Shown piece after piece: positions 20,897-30,165 of a stretch of 64,000 bases of DNA. Position numbers and translations under genes: made by a program. Numbering within the stretch: position 1 is the first letter of the stretch; each line of letters starts with the position of its first letter. Under the pieces are notes generated by a model. It did not search any database and had not been told where the DNA came from. It was given only the letters and a program-made list of their open reading frames with translations. This DNA is from Phenylobacterium sp. Lineage in GTDB: Bacteria > Pseudomonadota > Alphaproteobacteria > Caulobacterales > Caulobacteraceae. The stretch is from contig NZ_JACESE010000009.1 of NCBI RefSeq assembly GCF_013911965.1, positions 69,085 through 133,084 of the forward strand, read 5' to 3'.

Positions 20897-21709
20897 GTGG
20901 ACGACGCTGCGTCCGTGCGCCTGCACGATTTCGACGAATCCCTGCCCCTCAGCCCCGCCGGCCCGCGCCTGTGGGACTCGCGCATCGACAAGCGCTACTG
21001 GAACATGATCGGCCCGTGGGGCGGCTGGACGGCGGCCCTGCTGCTGAAGGCGGTGCTGGCGGAGTCCGATCACGGCGGCACGCCCGTGGGCCTGACGGTC
21101 AACCTGATGGGCGGCCTGGACGAAAGCCCGCTGCAGCTCTCCACCCGCCCGGTCCGTCAGGGCAAGTCGGTGGAGTTCTGGACCTCGGAGCTTCTCCAGA
21201 ACAACGCGCCTGTGGCCATGGCCATGGTCACGCTCGGCCAGCGGCGCGAGACCTTCTCCACCCACGAGGCGAGCTTCCCCGAGGGCGTGAAGCCGCCCGA
21301 GGCGATCGAGAGCGTGCCGACGCGGCCGGGCTTCTTCACCGCCATGTTCGAGCAGCGCCCGGTCCAGGGCTCGGCGCCCCTGCAGGAGAACCCCGACAGC
21401 CTCACCCGCAACTGGGTGCGCGACCATCAGGCCCGGCCTCTGGACTATGTGCTGCTGGCCGGCCTCGCCGACGTCTTCGCCCCGCGCATCTTCTATCGCA
21501 GCGCCGAGCGGCGGCCGGCCTCGACGGTGAGCATGAGCGTCTACTTCCATGCGACGCCCGGGGAGCTGGAAGCCGTCGCCGGCGACTTCGTCCTGGCCGA
21601 GGCCAAGGCCCGGCGCTTCGAGAGCGGCTTCTTCGACCAGCACGGCGCGCTGTGGTCCCGCGACGGCGTCCTGCTGGCGACGACCGAACAGCTCTGCTGG
21701 TTCAAATAG
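20897..21709 (+). CDS. TesB-like double-hotdog acyl-CoA thioesterase
   Basis: GPWGG, LADVFAP, STVSMSVYFH and GFFDQ motifs; GAGGA RBS before the GTG at 20897. Confidence 0.85.
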   Translation: MDDAASVRLHDFDESLPLSPAGPRLWDSRIDKRYWNMIGPWGGWTAALLLKAVLAESDHGGTPVGLTVNLMGGLDESPLQLSTRPVRQGKSVEFWTSELLQNNAPVAMAMVTLGQRRETFSTHEASFPEGVKPPEAIESVPTRPGFFTAMFEQRPVQGSAPLQENPDSLTRNWVRDHQARPLDYVLLAGLADVFAPRIFYRSAERRPASTVSMSVYFHATPGELEAVAGDFVLAEAKARRFESGFFDQHGALWSRDGVLLATTEQLCWFK

Positions 21710-21724
21710 GGGCTGCCCCGTCTT

Positions 21725-21755
21725 CGTCATTCCCGGCACAAGGCCGGGAATGACG
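21725..21755. repeat. REP-like palindrome between convergent genes (likely bidirectional terminator)
   Basis: Perfect 13-bp stem CGTCATTCCCGGC-ACAAG-GCCGGGAATGACG, resembling alphaproteobacterial GTCAT...ATGAC palindromic repeats. Confidence 0.6.
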
Positions 21756-21766
21756 CGGAACAGAGA

Positions 21767-23143
21767 TCAGGCCTTCCGCACCAGGTCCACGAAGTCCGGC
21801 GCCAGGCGGCCCACCGCGTTACGGGTGTCGATGACCAGGGGGACGGCCTTGGTCAGCGCGGCATAGTCCACGGCGTCATGGTCGGTGGCGATGACCGCGC
21901 AGTCGTAGGCCGACAGCGCCGCCTCGTCCCAGGCGATGGAGGTCATGCCGGCGACTTCCGGATGCTCGCCATTGTCGTGAACCGCGGGGATGTGCGGGTC
22001 GTAATAGTCGACCTTCGCCCCCCGCTCGCGCAGCAGGCGGATGACGTGCAGCGAAGGGCTCTCGCGCATGTCGTCGACGTTCTTCTTGTAGGCCAGGCCC
22101 ACCACCAGGATGCGGGCGCCGTTGACCGCCTTGCCCAAGCGGCTCGACAGGGCCTCGGAAACGGCTTCGACCACGCGGCGCGGGAGGGCGGCGACCACGT
22201 CGCCGGCCAGTTCGATGAAGCGGGTGGCCTCGCCGTGGGCGCGCGCCTTCCAGGTCAGGTAGAAGGGGTCGATGGCGATGCAGTGACCGCCCAGGCCCGG
22301 CCCCGGATAGAAGGGCATATAGCCGAAGGGCTTGGTCTTGGCCGCGTCGACCACCTCCCAGATGTCGATGCCCATGCTCTCGAAGACGATCTTCAGCTCG
22401 TTGACGAGGGCGATATTGACCAGACGGAAGATGTTCTCGGTCAGCTTGACCGCCTCGGCCGTCTTCAGGTCGCTGACCGGCACCACCTGGGTGAGCGGCG
22501 AATAGACGGCGACGGCCATGCGCCGCTCGGCCTCGGTGTCGGCGCCGACCACCTTGGGGATCGACGTGGTCCCGAAGTCGATATTGCCGGGATCCTCGCG
22601 CTCGGGGCTGTAGGCGATGGCGAAGTCGACGCCCGACCTCAGGCCCGTCGCCTCTTCCAGGATCGGTCGGATCAGCTCCTCGCTGGTCCCGGGATAGGTG
22701 GTCGATTCCAGGACCACGAGCTGGCCGGGACGCAGGTGGCGCGCGATCGTCTTCGCGCAGTCGGCCACATAGGTCAGGTCCGGCTCGCGGTGCACGTTCA
22801 GCGGCGTCGGGACGCACATCAGGAGGGCGTCGGCGGCCGCGAGGCGCGCTTCGTCGGTCGTCGCCTCCAGGCGGCCGGTCCCGCCCATGGCGGCCACGCG
22901 GGCGTCGGAGATGTGCTTGATGTAGGACCGGCCGGCGTTCAGCGCCTCGATCTTGGCGGCGTCCGGATCATAGGCGAGGACGTGGAAACCCTTGCCGAGG
23001 AAGCCCTCGGCCAGCGGCAGGCCCACATAGCCCAGGCCCAGAATGCCGATCACCAGCTCGCGCGACTCGGCGCGGGCCTCGAAGGCTTCGGCCATGGCCT
23101 CCGGCGTCGGGCCCGTCCCGGGCGGGCGCGTCATGGAATTCAT
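21767..23143 (-). CDS. Nucleotide-sugar 6-dehydrogenase (WbpA/WecC family)
   Basis: GLGYVGLP, ESTTYPGT, catalytic GGHCIAIDP and GLAYKKNVDDMRESP motifs; ATGA overlap with the upstream aminotransferase. Confidence 0.93.
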   Translation of the reverse strand: MNSMTRPPGTGPTPEAMAEAFEARAESRELVIGILGLGYVGLPLAEGFLGKGFHVLAYDPDAAKIEALNAGRSYIKHISDARVAAMGGTGRLEATTDEARLAAADALLMCVPTPLNVHREPDLTYVADCAKTIARHLRPGQLVVLESTTYPGTSEELIRPILEEATGLRSGVDFAIAYSPEREDPGNIDFGTTSIPKVVGADTEAERRMAVAVYSPLTQVVPVSDLKTAEAVKLTENIFRLVNIALVNELKIVFESMGIDIWEVVDAAKTKPFGYMPFYPGPGLGGHCIAIDPFYLTWKARAHGEATRFIELAGDVVAALPRRVVEAVSEALSSRLGKAVNGARILVVGLAYKKNVDDMRESPSLHVIRLLRERGAKVDYYDPHIPAVHDNGEHPEVAGMTSIAWDEAALSAYDCAVIATDHDAVDYAALTKAVPLVIDTRNAVGRLAPDFVDLVRKA

Positions 23144-24306
23144 GCGTTACGGCCGGCGAAGGCCCGCACGGCGGCGATGATCTGATCCTGCACGTCCGGC
23201 TCCAGATAGGGGTGCATGGGCAGGCTGATGACGCGCTCGGCCTTGGCCTGCGTCACCGGCAGGCCGCCCGGGCCCACGGGATAGCCAGAATAGACGCCCT
23301 GCTTGTGGATGGGGATCGGATAATAGACGGCGGTGGGAATGTCGGCGGCCTTCAGGTGGGCGGCCAGGCCGTCGCGGTCGTCGCATTCGATCGTGTACTG
23401 CGCCCAGACCGAAACGCCGCCCTCGATGACCTTCGGGACCGTGACGACGTCGGAGAGCCCTTGCGCATAGCGGTCGGCGACGCGGTTCCGGGCGGCGATC
23501 TCGTCGGAGAAGATCGACAGCTTCTGCAGCAGGACGGCGGCCTGGATGGTGTCCATGCGGCTGTTCATGCCCACCCGCATGTTCAGGTACTTCGGATCGT
23601 GCTCGAAGGTGCGGCCCTCGAGATCCGACTTCACCGCCTGGCCGTGGACGCGGAGCGAGACCAGCAGGTCGTGCAGGCGCGCGTCCTTGCACAGCACCGC
23701 GCCGCCGTCGCCATAGGCGCCCAGCGGCTTGGCCGGGAAGAAGCTGGTGGTGGCCACGTCGGCCCAGAAGATCGGATGGCGCTCGTCCAGGGTGCAGCCG
23801 AAGCCCTGGGCGGAGTCGGCGATCAGCTTCAAGCCGTGCTTGCGGCAGACCTCGCTGATGGCCGGATAGTCGGCCGGCTGGCCGAACAGGTCGACGGCGA
23901 TCACCGCCTTGGGCCTAAGCTTGCCTTCGCGCTTCACCACCTCGATGGCCGCATCCAGGTGCTCGGCGTCCATGTTGTAGGTGTCGGGCAGGATGTCGAC
24001 GAAGACGGGCGAGGCGCCGACCAGCGGCATGGCCTCGGCGGTCGCGGCGAAGGTGAAGGAGGGGCAGAAGACGGCGTCGCCCGGCCCGATCTCCCAGGCC
24101 ATCAGCGGCAGGACCAGGGCCTCGGTGCCCGAGCCGCAGGACAGCACGTGCGGCGCCTGGCCGAACTCCGCCAGTGCGGCCTCCAGCTGCGCGATCTGCG
24201 GCCCCATGATGTAGGCGCCCGAACGCACCACCTCGAGGATGGCGGCCTCCAGCGGTTCGCCCAGTCGGCGGCGCTGGGCCTGCAGGTCGATGAAGGGGAT
24301 GGGCAT
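23140..24306 (-). CDS. DegT/DnrJ/StrS PLP aminotransferase (WbpE/GnnB-like)
   Basis: IPFIDLQAQ, SGTEAL, DSAQ, SFFPAKPLGAYGDGG (PLP Lys) and NSRMDTIQAA motifs. Confidence 0.93.
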   Translation of the reverse strand: MPIPFIDLQAQRRRLGEPLEAAILEVVRSGAYIMGPQIAQLEAALAEFGQAPHVLSCGSGTEALVLPLMAWEIGPGDAVFCPSFTFAATAEAMPLVGASPVFVDILPDTYNMDAEHLDAAIEVVKREGKLRPKAVIAVDLFGQPADYPAISEVCRKHGLKLIADSAQGFGCTLDERHPIFWADVATTSFFPAKPLGAYGDGGAVLCKDARLHDLLVSLRVHGQAVKSDLEGRTFEHDPKYLNMRVGMNSRMDTIQAAVLLQKLSIFSDEIAARNRVADRYAQGLSDVVTVPKVIEGGVSVWAQYTIECDDRDGLAAHLKAADIPTAVYYPIPIHKQGVYSGYPVGPGGLPVTQAKAERVISLPMHPYLEPDVQDQIIAAVRAFAGRNA

Positions 24307-24438
24307 GGCGCAAACTCGCTGCTCTGAAGGCCGCGGTACATGCCACGACGGCCGCAGTCACGCCAAACACGGATGTTTTCGCAAGGTTTCGCCGCGCCGG
24401 GGACGGCCCCGACGCGGCGTTTCCCTGCTCTCGAACAC

Positions 24439-26025
24439 TCAAATCTGGCGGGCGCGGCCTTCCCAGTAGGGCGCGCGCACCTTGTTGCGCTGGATCTTGC
24501 CGGCCTCGCTGCGCGGCAGGTCGTCGACGAAGTCGAGCCCCCGCGGCACCTTGAAGCCGGGCAGGGCCTGGCGGGCGAAGCCGAGGATCTCCTGGGCCAG
24601 GTCGTCGCTGGGCTCATAGCCGGGGTTCAGCAGGATCACGGCGCGAACCTCCTCGCCCCACTGGTCGTGCGGGATGCCGACGGTGGAGGAGTCGGCGACC
24701 GCCGGGTGCTTGATCAGCTCGTTGTCGATCTCCTGCGGGTAGATGTTCACCCCGCCCGAAATGATCGTCTCGGCGCTGCGGCCGGTGAGGAAGAGATAGT
24801 CGTCCTCATCGAAATAGCCGACGTCGCCCATGGTGAAGAAATCGCCGAGCCTGGAGGCCTGGGTCTTCTTCTCGTCCTTGTAGTACTGGAAGCCGCCGCC
24901 CGGGGGCAGCTGGTGGTAGATGGTGCCCGGAACGCCGTTGGGGCAGTCGTTGCCCTCTTCGTCGATGATCCGGACCTGCAGCAGGGCCGGACGCTTGCCG
25001 ACGCTGCCCGGCTTCTTCAGCCACTCCTCGGAGGAGATGGCGAAGCCCGCCCCGCCTTCCGAGCCGGCGTAGTATTCCGACAGCACCGGGCCGAACCAGT
25101 CGATCATGGCCATCTTCACCTCGGGCGGGCAGGGCGCCGCGCCGTGGACGATGTAGCGGACATGGTCGACGGGATACCTGGCCTTCACCTCGGCCGGCAG
25201 GTCCAGCAGGCGCTGGAACATGATCGGCACCAGGTGCAGGTGGGTGACCTTCCTCTCCGAAATCGTCCGCAGGACGAGCTCGGAGTCCCACTTGTCGATG
25301 AAGACGAGGGTCGAGCCGGTGCCCATGGCCGCGCGCACGTCGAAGGCGAGCGGAGCGGCGTGGTAGGCGGGGCCGGCGCAGAGCTGGATGGAGGTCGCGT
25401 CATAGCCGCGGCCGGCCAGGACGTTGGCCGGCGTGACCACGGGGTTGGGCCGGAAGACGCCCTTGGGACGGCCGGTGGTGCCCGAGGTGTACATCATCTG
25501 GTTGCCCAGGACCGGGTCGGCGATGTCGCCGCCGTCGAGGGGCGCGAGGGCGGCGTCGTAGTCCTGGAAGCCCTCGATCGGCCCGCCGACGGCCAGCTTC
25601 AGGACCAGGTTGTCGCACTGCTTGGCCGCGACCGCCACGGCGGCGACGCGGGCGTCGCCGACCAGCACCTTCGCCTCGCAGTCGTTGATGATGTAGGCGA
25701 TCTCATCGGCGGTCAGGTGCCAGTTGACGGGCGTGATGCGGACGCCCGTGCGCATGGTGGCGGAGAGGACTTCGACGAATTCGGCGCGATTGGAGCAGAC
25801 GAGCGCCAGGGAATCGCCCGGCTCAAGGCCGTGCTGACGGAAGAGGCGGGCGAGCTTGTTGGCGTTGGCGTTGACCTCGGCGAAGGTCTTCTCGCGGCCG
25901 GACGGATCGACGACCGCCACCTTGTCGGGCTGGACGTCGGCCCAGACGGCCATGGTCATGCCGGTCACGGCCGCCTCGTTCAGACGGTCTTCCAGACCCA
26001 CGCGCTCTTTCAAATCTTCCATCAA
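24439..26025 (-). CDS. AMP-forming acyl-CoA synthetase
   Basis: YTSGTTGRPKG, EYYAGSE, GDVGYFD, IISGGVNIYPQEI and EAGKIQR motifs. Confidence 0.94.
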   Translation of the reverse strand: MMEDLKERVGLEDRLNEAAVTGMTMAVWADVQPDKVAVVDPSGREKTFAEVNANANKLARLFRQHGLEPGDSLALVCSNRAEFVEVLSATMRTGVRITPVNWHLTADEIAYIINDCEAKVLVGDARVAAVAVAAKQCDNLVLKLAVGGPIEGFQDYDAALAPLDGGDIADPVLGNQMMYTSGTTGRPKGVFRPNPVVTPANVLAGRGYDATSIQLCAGPAYHAAPLAFDVRAAMGTGSTLVFIDKWDSELVLRTISERKVTHLHLVPIMFQRLLDLPAEVKARYPVDHVRYIVHGAAPCPPEVKMAMIDWFGPVLSEYYAGSEGGAGFAISSEEWLKKPGSVGKRPALLQVRIIDEEGNDCPNGVPGTIYHQLPPGGGFQYYKDEKKTQASRLGDFFTMGDVGYFDEDDYLFLTGRSAETIISGGVNIYPQEIDNELIKHPAVADSSTVGIPHDQWGEEVRAVILLNPGYEPSDDLAQEILGFARQALPGFKVPRGLDFVDDLPRSEAGKIQRNKVRAPYWEGRARQI

Positions 26026-26188
26026 ATTCCTCCCCGCGGCCGCTGGCCGGCGGACCCGGGGGCGGACGCGTTAGCATTATCGTTGGCGGCGGCCGTTTTT
26101 GTCGGAGGACGCAGACGCAATATGCCTGCGGCGCCCCCGGGCCATCCTTGCTCCTACAATGGCAGCGGAATTCCGCGACGACAACGCC

Positions 26189-26217
26189 GCCCGATCCGAA
26201 CGGCGGCCGGATCGGGC
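26189..26217. terminator. GC-rich hairpin downstream of the DUF2177-like gene
   Basis: 10-bp stem GCCCGATCCG/CGGATCGGGC with no strong U tract. Confidence 0.3.
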
Positions 26218-26254
26218 TGAGAATCTGACGGGTCTGCTGAAACCGAACTGCGAC

Positions 26255-26665
26255 TCAGAAGGCGCGTTCGCCCCAGCGCATGGCGAAATAGCCGGCGACT
26301 GCGGAGACGGCGGTGAGAAAGGTCCCCCAGGCGATGTCGGCCACGCTGATCTTGGTCGACCAGACCTTGAGCACCGCCTGGCTGGTCAGGTCGTAGGTGG
26401 CGTAGCAAAGGAAGCCCAGCACCGCGCCGGTGAACAGGGCGCGGGTCCATTCCCCCTCCCGGACGGCCGGCGTGACGGCCAGGATCATGACGCCGGCGAT
26501 GTAGATGACGTAGAAGGCGATCGCCGGCGCGAGGGCGAACTCCTCGGCCAGGACGGGATCAAGGGTCGGGCGGTAGAGCCGCGGGCCGACGGTGCTGAGC
26601 CAGACGGCGTCGACGATGGCGAAGGCGAGGCCCGTTCCCAGGTAGCCGATGACGTATTTGAGCAT
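26255..26665 (-). CDS. DUF2177-like membrane protein
   Basis: DAVWL, YATYDLT and DIAWG motifs with four TM segments; ATG at 26665 with GAGG RBS. Confidence 0.85.
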   Translation of the reverse strand: MLKYVIGYLGTGLAFAIVDAVWLSTVGPRLYRPTLDPVLAEEFALAPAIAFYVIYIAGVMILAVTPAVREGEWTRALFTGAVLGFLCYATYDLTSQAVLKVWSTKISVADIAWGTFLTAVSAVAGYFAMRWGERAF

Positions 26666-26679
26666 GGTCTTGAGGCTCC

Positions 26680-27708
26680 TCAGGCGACCGGTTTCAGGCG
26701 GTAATGGCTGACGCCCCACTCGTCCCCGCCGCGGTGGCCGAAGAGCCCGGCCGTGGCGAGGAAGAAGAGCCGCCAGCGCCGACGCCAGAGCGGTGCGGCG
26801 TCGCCGTAGACGTCGGCCAGAACGGCCCGGATGGCGGCGTCGTTGCGGTCGAAATTCTCCAGCCAGTCCAGCGCCGTGCGCTGGTAGTGTCGCCCCGACC
26901 AGCGCCAGTCGGCCTCCACCTCGAACAGGTCCGGGAACTGCCGCATCAGACCGTGGCTGGGCATCACCCCGCCGGAGAAGAAGTGGTGGGCGATCCAGTC
27001 GGCCTCGTCCTCGACGTCGAAGCGGTAGGGCGTGGCCGCGTGGGTGAAGACGTGGATGAAGGCGCGGCCGTCGGGCTCCAGCCAGCTCCGCGTGCGGTCC
27101 AGCAGGGCGCGCCAGTTGGCCATGTGCTCGAACATCTCCACCGAAACGACCCGGTCGAAGCGGCGCCGCGCGTCGAAGTCGTTCATGTCGGCGGTCACGA
27201 CGGTCAGGTTCGTCAGGCCCGCCGAGCGGGCGCGGGCGCGGATGAAGTCCCCCTGGCTGGCCGAATTCGAGACCGAGGTGATCTGCGCCTTGGGCAGGGC
27301 GCGCGCCATCCACAGGCTCAGCGAGCCCCATCCGCAGCCAAGCTCCAGGATCGTCTGGCCGTCGCGCAGATCGGCGTGGGCGGCGGTCTCGGACAGGGCG
27401 TTCTCCTCCGCCGCGGCCAGGGTGTCGACGCCCTCGCCATAGAGGCAGCTGGAGTACTTCAGCTGCGGCCCAAGGACCTTCTCGAAGAAGGCGGCCGGCA
27501 GTTCGTAGTGCTGCTCGTTGGCCGCCTGGACGTGCTCGGCGATGGGCCGGGCGGCCATCTCCCGCGCGAAGACGGCCTCTGCGTCCGGCGGAGCGGCGTT
27601 CAGCTGCCGCCGGGCGTTGGCCACCAGGAAGTCGATGGCCGCGCGCCGCATGGCGTCGGGCAGGGGCGCCCCTTCGAACGCCTGGATCGTCGAACTGATG
27701 AAGCTCAT
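26680..27708 (-). CDS. SAM-dependent methyltransferase, CFA-synthase/coclaurine-N-methyltransferase-like (short type)
   Basis: ANEQHYE, KYSSCLY, ILELGCGWG, SVEMFEHM and HFFSGGVMP motifs. Confidence 0.9.
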   Translation of the reverse strand: MSFISSTIQAFEGAPLPDAMRRAAIDFLVANARRQLNAAPPDAEAVFAREMAARPIAEHVQAANEQHYELPAAFFEKVLGPQLKYSSCLYGEGVDTLAAAEENALSETAAHADLRDGQTILELGCGWGSLSLWMARALPKAQITSVSNSASQGDFIRARARSAGLTNLTVVTADMNDFDARRRFDRVVSVEMFEHMANWRALLDRTRSWLEPDGRAFIHVFTHAATPYRFDVEDEADWIAHHFFSGGVMPSHGLMRQFPDLFEVEADWRWSGRHYQRTALDWLENFDRNDAAIRAVLADVYGDAAPLWRRRWRLFFLATAGLFGHRGGDEWGVSHYRLKPVA

Positions 27709-27763
27709 GGGCGCGGTCCCTCGCATGGCGGATCAACGGCCAAGCCGGTCGTTGCCTTCCCGG

Positions 27764-27789
27764 TACGCGGCGGCCGAGCCTTCGGATGC
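27764..27789 (-). promoter_or_regulatory. ECF (SigE/ChrR-type) promoter driving the methyltransferase-DUF2177 operon
   Basis: Minus strand reads GCATCC-N15-GCGTA, close to the SigE-ChrR consensus TGATCC-N15-GCGTA. Confidence 0.65.
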
Positions 27790-27802
27790 GAAGCCTGCGG
27801 CT

Positions 27803-27828
27803 GCATCCGGCCCCGCACTCGCCCCGTA
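27803..27828 (+). promoter_or_regulatory. ECF (SigE/ChrR-type) promoter driving the FAD oxidoreductase-DUF1365 operon
   Basis: Plus strand reads GCATCC-N15-CCGTA, with the same spacing as the divergent copy. Confidence 0.6.
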
Positions 27829-27888
27829 CAGCTTCACACCGCAGGCGCCGCTCCGGCGCCCGCCCGCAGAAGATCTTGAGGAGACTCC

Positions 27889-29235
27889 GTGCGCCCAGAC
27901 CGTTCAACCCGCCCCTTGCGGATCGCCGTCGTGGGCGGGGGCATCTCCGGCCTCTCCGCAGCCTGGCTGCTTTCGCAACGCCACGAGGTGGTCCTGTTCG
28001 AGGGCGACGGCCGGCTGGGGGGGCACGCCAACACCGTCCAGGCGCCGGACGGGGCGGGCGGCCAGACGCCCGTGGACACGGGCTTCATCGTCTATAACGA
28101 GGAAAACTACCCCAACTTCACGGCCCTGCTGGCGCATCTGCGCGTGCGGACGCTCGACGCCGACATGGCGCTCAGCGTCTCTCTGGACGACGGCGCGTTC
28201 GAGTACTCGTCGGGCTCGCTGTTCGCGCAGCGGCGGAACTTCTTCAGCGCGCGCTTCTGGCGCATGCTGCGCGACGTCACCCGCTTCTACCGCCATGGCC
28301 CCCGGGACATCGCCGCCCTCGAGGGGCCCCTGACCAGCCTGGACGACTATCTGAAGCAGAAGGGCTACTGCCAGGCCTTTCGCGACGACCACCTTCTGCC
28401 GCAGGCCGCCGCCATCTGGTCGACGCCGCTCTCGGCCATCCGGGACTATCCGGCCGCAGCCCTGATCCGCTTCTTCCAGAACCACGGCATGATGCGCATC
28501 TTCGGCCGCGGCCTCTGGCGGACGGTGGAGGGCGGCAGCCGCGCCTATGTGGAGAAGCTCGCCGAGGCGTTCTGGGGCGAGACGCGCACCGGCGCCCGCG
28601 TGGCCGGCGTTCGCCGCACGCCGCACGGCGCCGAGGTCCGGCTGGCCGGCGGCGAAGTGGAGCGGTTCGATCACGTGGTCATCGCCACCCATGGCGACCA
28701 GGCGCTGGCCCTGCTGGACGATCCCTCGCCCGAGGAGCGGCGAATCCTCTCGGCCTTCCGCTACACGCGCAACCTGGCGGTGCTGCATTCGGACCGCCGC
28801 CTGATGCCCAAGCGCCGCGCCGCCTGGACGAGCTGGAACCACATCGGAAAGCGCAGCGCGCCCGAGGAGGGCTGCGTCACCTACTGGATGAACCGCCTCC
28901 AGAGCCTGCCGGCGAAGCCGGAGCTGTTCGTCACGCTGAACCCGACACGCGACATCGCGCCCGAGGCGGTCGTCCGCACCGACGTCTACGACCATCCCCT
29001 GTTCGACGCCGGCGCCATCGCCGCCCAGGACGAGCTCTGGTCCCTGCAGGGGGTGCGCAGCACCTGGTTCTGCGGCTCCTATTTCGGGCACGGCTTCCAC
29101 GAGGACGGCCTGCAGTCGGGCCTGGCCGTCGCCGAGCAGCTCGGCGGCGTGCGGCGGCCCTGGAGGGTCGCCGACGAGTCGGGCCGCATCCGCCTGCCGA
29201 GGACGCAGGTCGATCCGGTGAGCGTCGCCGCGTGA
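27889..29235 (+). CDS. FAD/NAD-binding oxidoreductase (amine-oxidase-like; UfaD/Rv0449c-type)
   Basis: VVGGGISGL, GGHANT, VDTGFIVYN and GFHEDG motifs; GAGGAG RBS before the GTG. Confidence 0.92.
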   Translation: MRPDRSTRPLRIAVVGGGISGLSAAWLLSQRHEVVLFEGDGRLGGHANTVQAPDGAGGQTPVDTGFIVYNEENYPNFTALLAHLRVRTLDADMALSVSLDDGAFEYSSGSLFAQRRNFFSARFWRMLRDVTRFYRHGPRDIAALEGPLTSLDDYLKQKGYCQAFRDDHLLPQAAAIWSTPLSAIRDYPAAALIRFFQNHGMMRIFGRGLWRTVEGGSRAYVEKLAEAFWGETRTGARVAGVRRTPHGAEVRLAGGEVERFDHVVIATHGDQALALLDDPSPEERRILSAFRYTRNLAVLHSDRRLMPKRRAAWTSWNHIGKRSAPEEGCVTYWMNRLQSLPAKPELFVTLNPTRDIAPEAVVRTDVYDHPLFDAGAIAAQDELWSLQGVRSTWFCGSYFGHGFHEDGLQSGLAVAEQLGGVRRPWRVADESGRIRLPRTQVDPVSVAA

Positions 29236-30011
29236 GGAGCGGCCTCTATCCCGGCCTGGTGACGCACGCGCGGTTCAAGCCGCGGCGTCACGTGCTGCGC
29301 TACCGCATCTTTATGCTGCTCGCCGACCTGGACGAGGTCGAAACCCTGTCGCGCAGGCTCAGGGTCTTCGGCTTCGACCGGGCCGCGCCCTTGTCGCTGC
29401 AGACCCGAGACCACGGCGACGGCTCGCCCGCCCCGCTGAAGTCGCAGGTGGAGCGCCACCTGGCCGCCGCCGGCCTCGGCCATGGCGGGCCCATCCAGGT
29501 GCTCTGCATGCCCCGCGTGTTCGGCGGCGTCTTCAATCCCCTGACCGTCTACTTCTGCCACGGGCCGGACGGGCGGCTGAGCGCCATCCTCTACGAGGTC
29601 AACAACACCTTCGGCGAGCGGCACAGCTATCTGATCCCGGCGCCGGAGGCGGCCTGCGCGGACCTGGTGGAGCAGGGGGCGGACAAGGCCTTCTTCGTCT
29701 CGCCCTTCATGGACATGGACCTCCGCTACGCCTTCCGCATCCAGCCGCCGGGCGAGGCGGTTTCGGTGGGCGTCGAGGTGTCCGACGGCGAGGGGCCGGT
29801 GCTGTCGGCCGCCTTCGCAGGCCGGCGGCGGCCCCTGACCGACCGGGCCCTGGCGGGCGCCGTCCTCAGCCACCCCTGGATGATCCTCGGCGTCATGGCC
29901 GCCATCCACTGGGAAGCGCTGAAGATCTGGCTGAAGGGCGAGCGCCTGCGGCCCCGTCCGCCCCGGCCGAAAGCCCCTGTCACGGTGGCCTGGCCAAAGC
30001 CTGTGAGTTGA
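29232..30011 (+). CDS. DUF1365 family protein (UfaO/Rv0448c-type)
   Basis: HARFKP, FNPLTVYFC, YEVNNTFGERHSY and IHWEALKIW motifs; 4-nt overlap with the upstream gene. Confidence 0.9.
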   Translation: MRSGLYPGLVTHARFKPRRHVLRYRIFMLLADLDEVETLSRRLRVFGFDRAAPLSLQTRDHGDGSPAPLKSQVERHLAAAGLGHGGPIQVLCMPRVFGGVFNPLTVYFCHGPDGRLSAILYEVNNTFGERHSYLIPAPEAACADLVEQGADKAFFVSPFMDMDLRYAFRIQPPGEAVSVGVEVSDGEGPVLSAAFAGRRRPLTDRALAGAVLSHPWMILGVMAAIHWEALKIWLKGERLRPRPPRPKAPVTVAWPKPVS

Positions 30012-30165
30012 TCGCAGGCGACCGCGCTTGTCGGTCCTTCTCGGGCCCGCGCAAGGCACGAACCGTCACGTAGACGGACTATCTGACGCCGGCGTCAAAA
30101 GGGGGCTGGCGCGACCCCTGGTGGCGCCCCATGATGTCCGCCATACCAGAATTGGACATTTTCAG

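Noticed and set aside
26255-27907. Apparent 550-aa ORF, and similarly 50123-52390 (755 aa) and 35853-37430
   Set aside because: Each is a stop-free upstream extension overlapping other real genes; the true starts are 26665, 51067 and 36623, each with an RBS.
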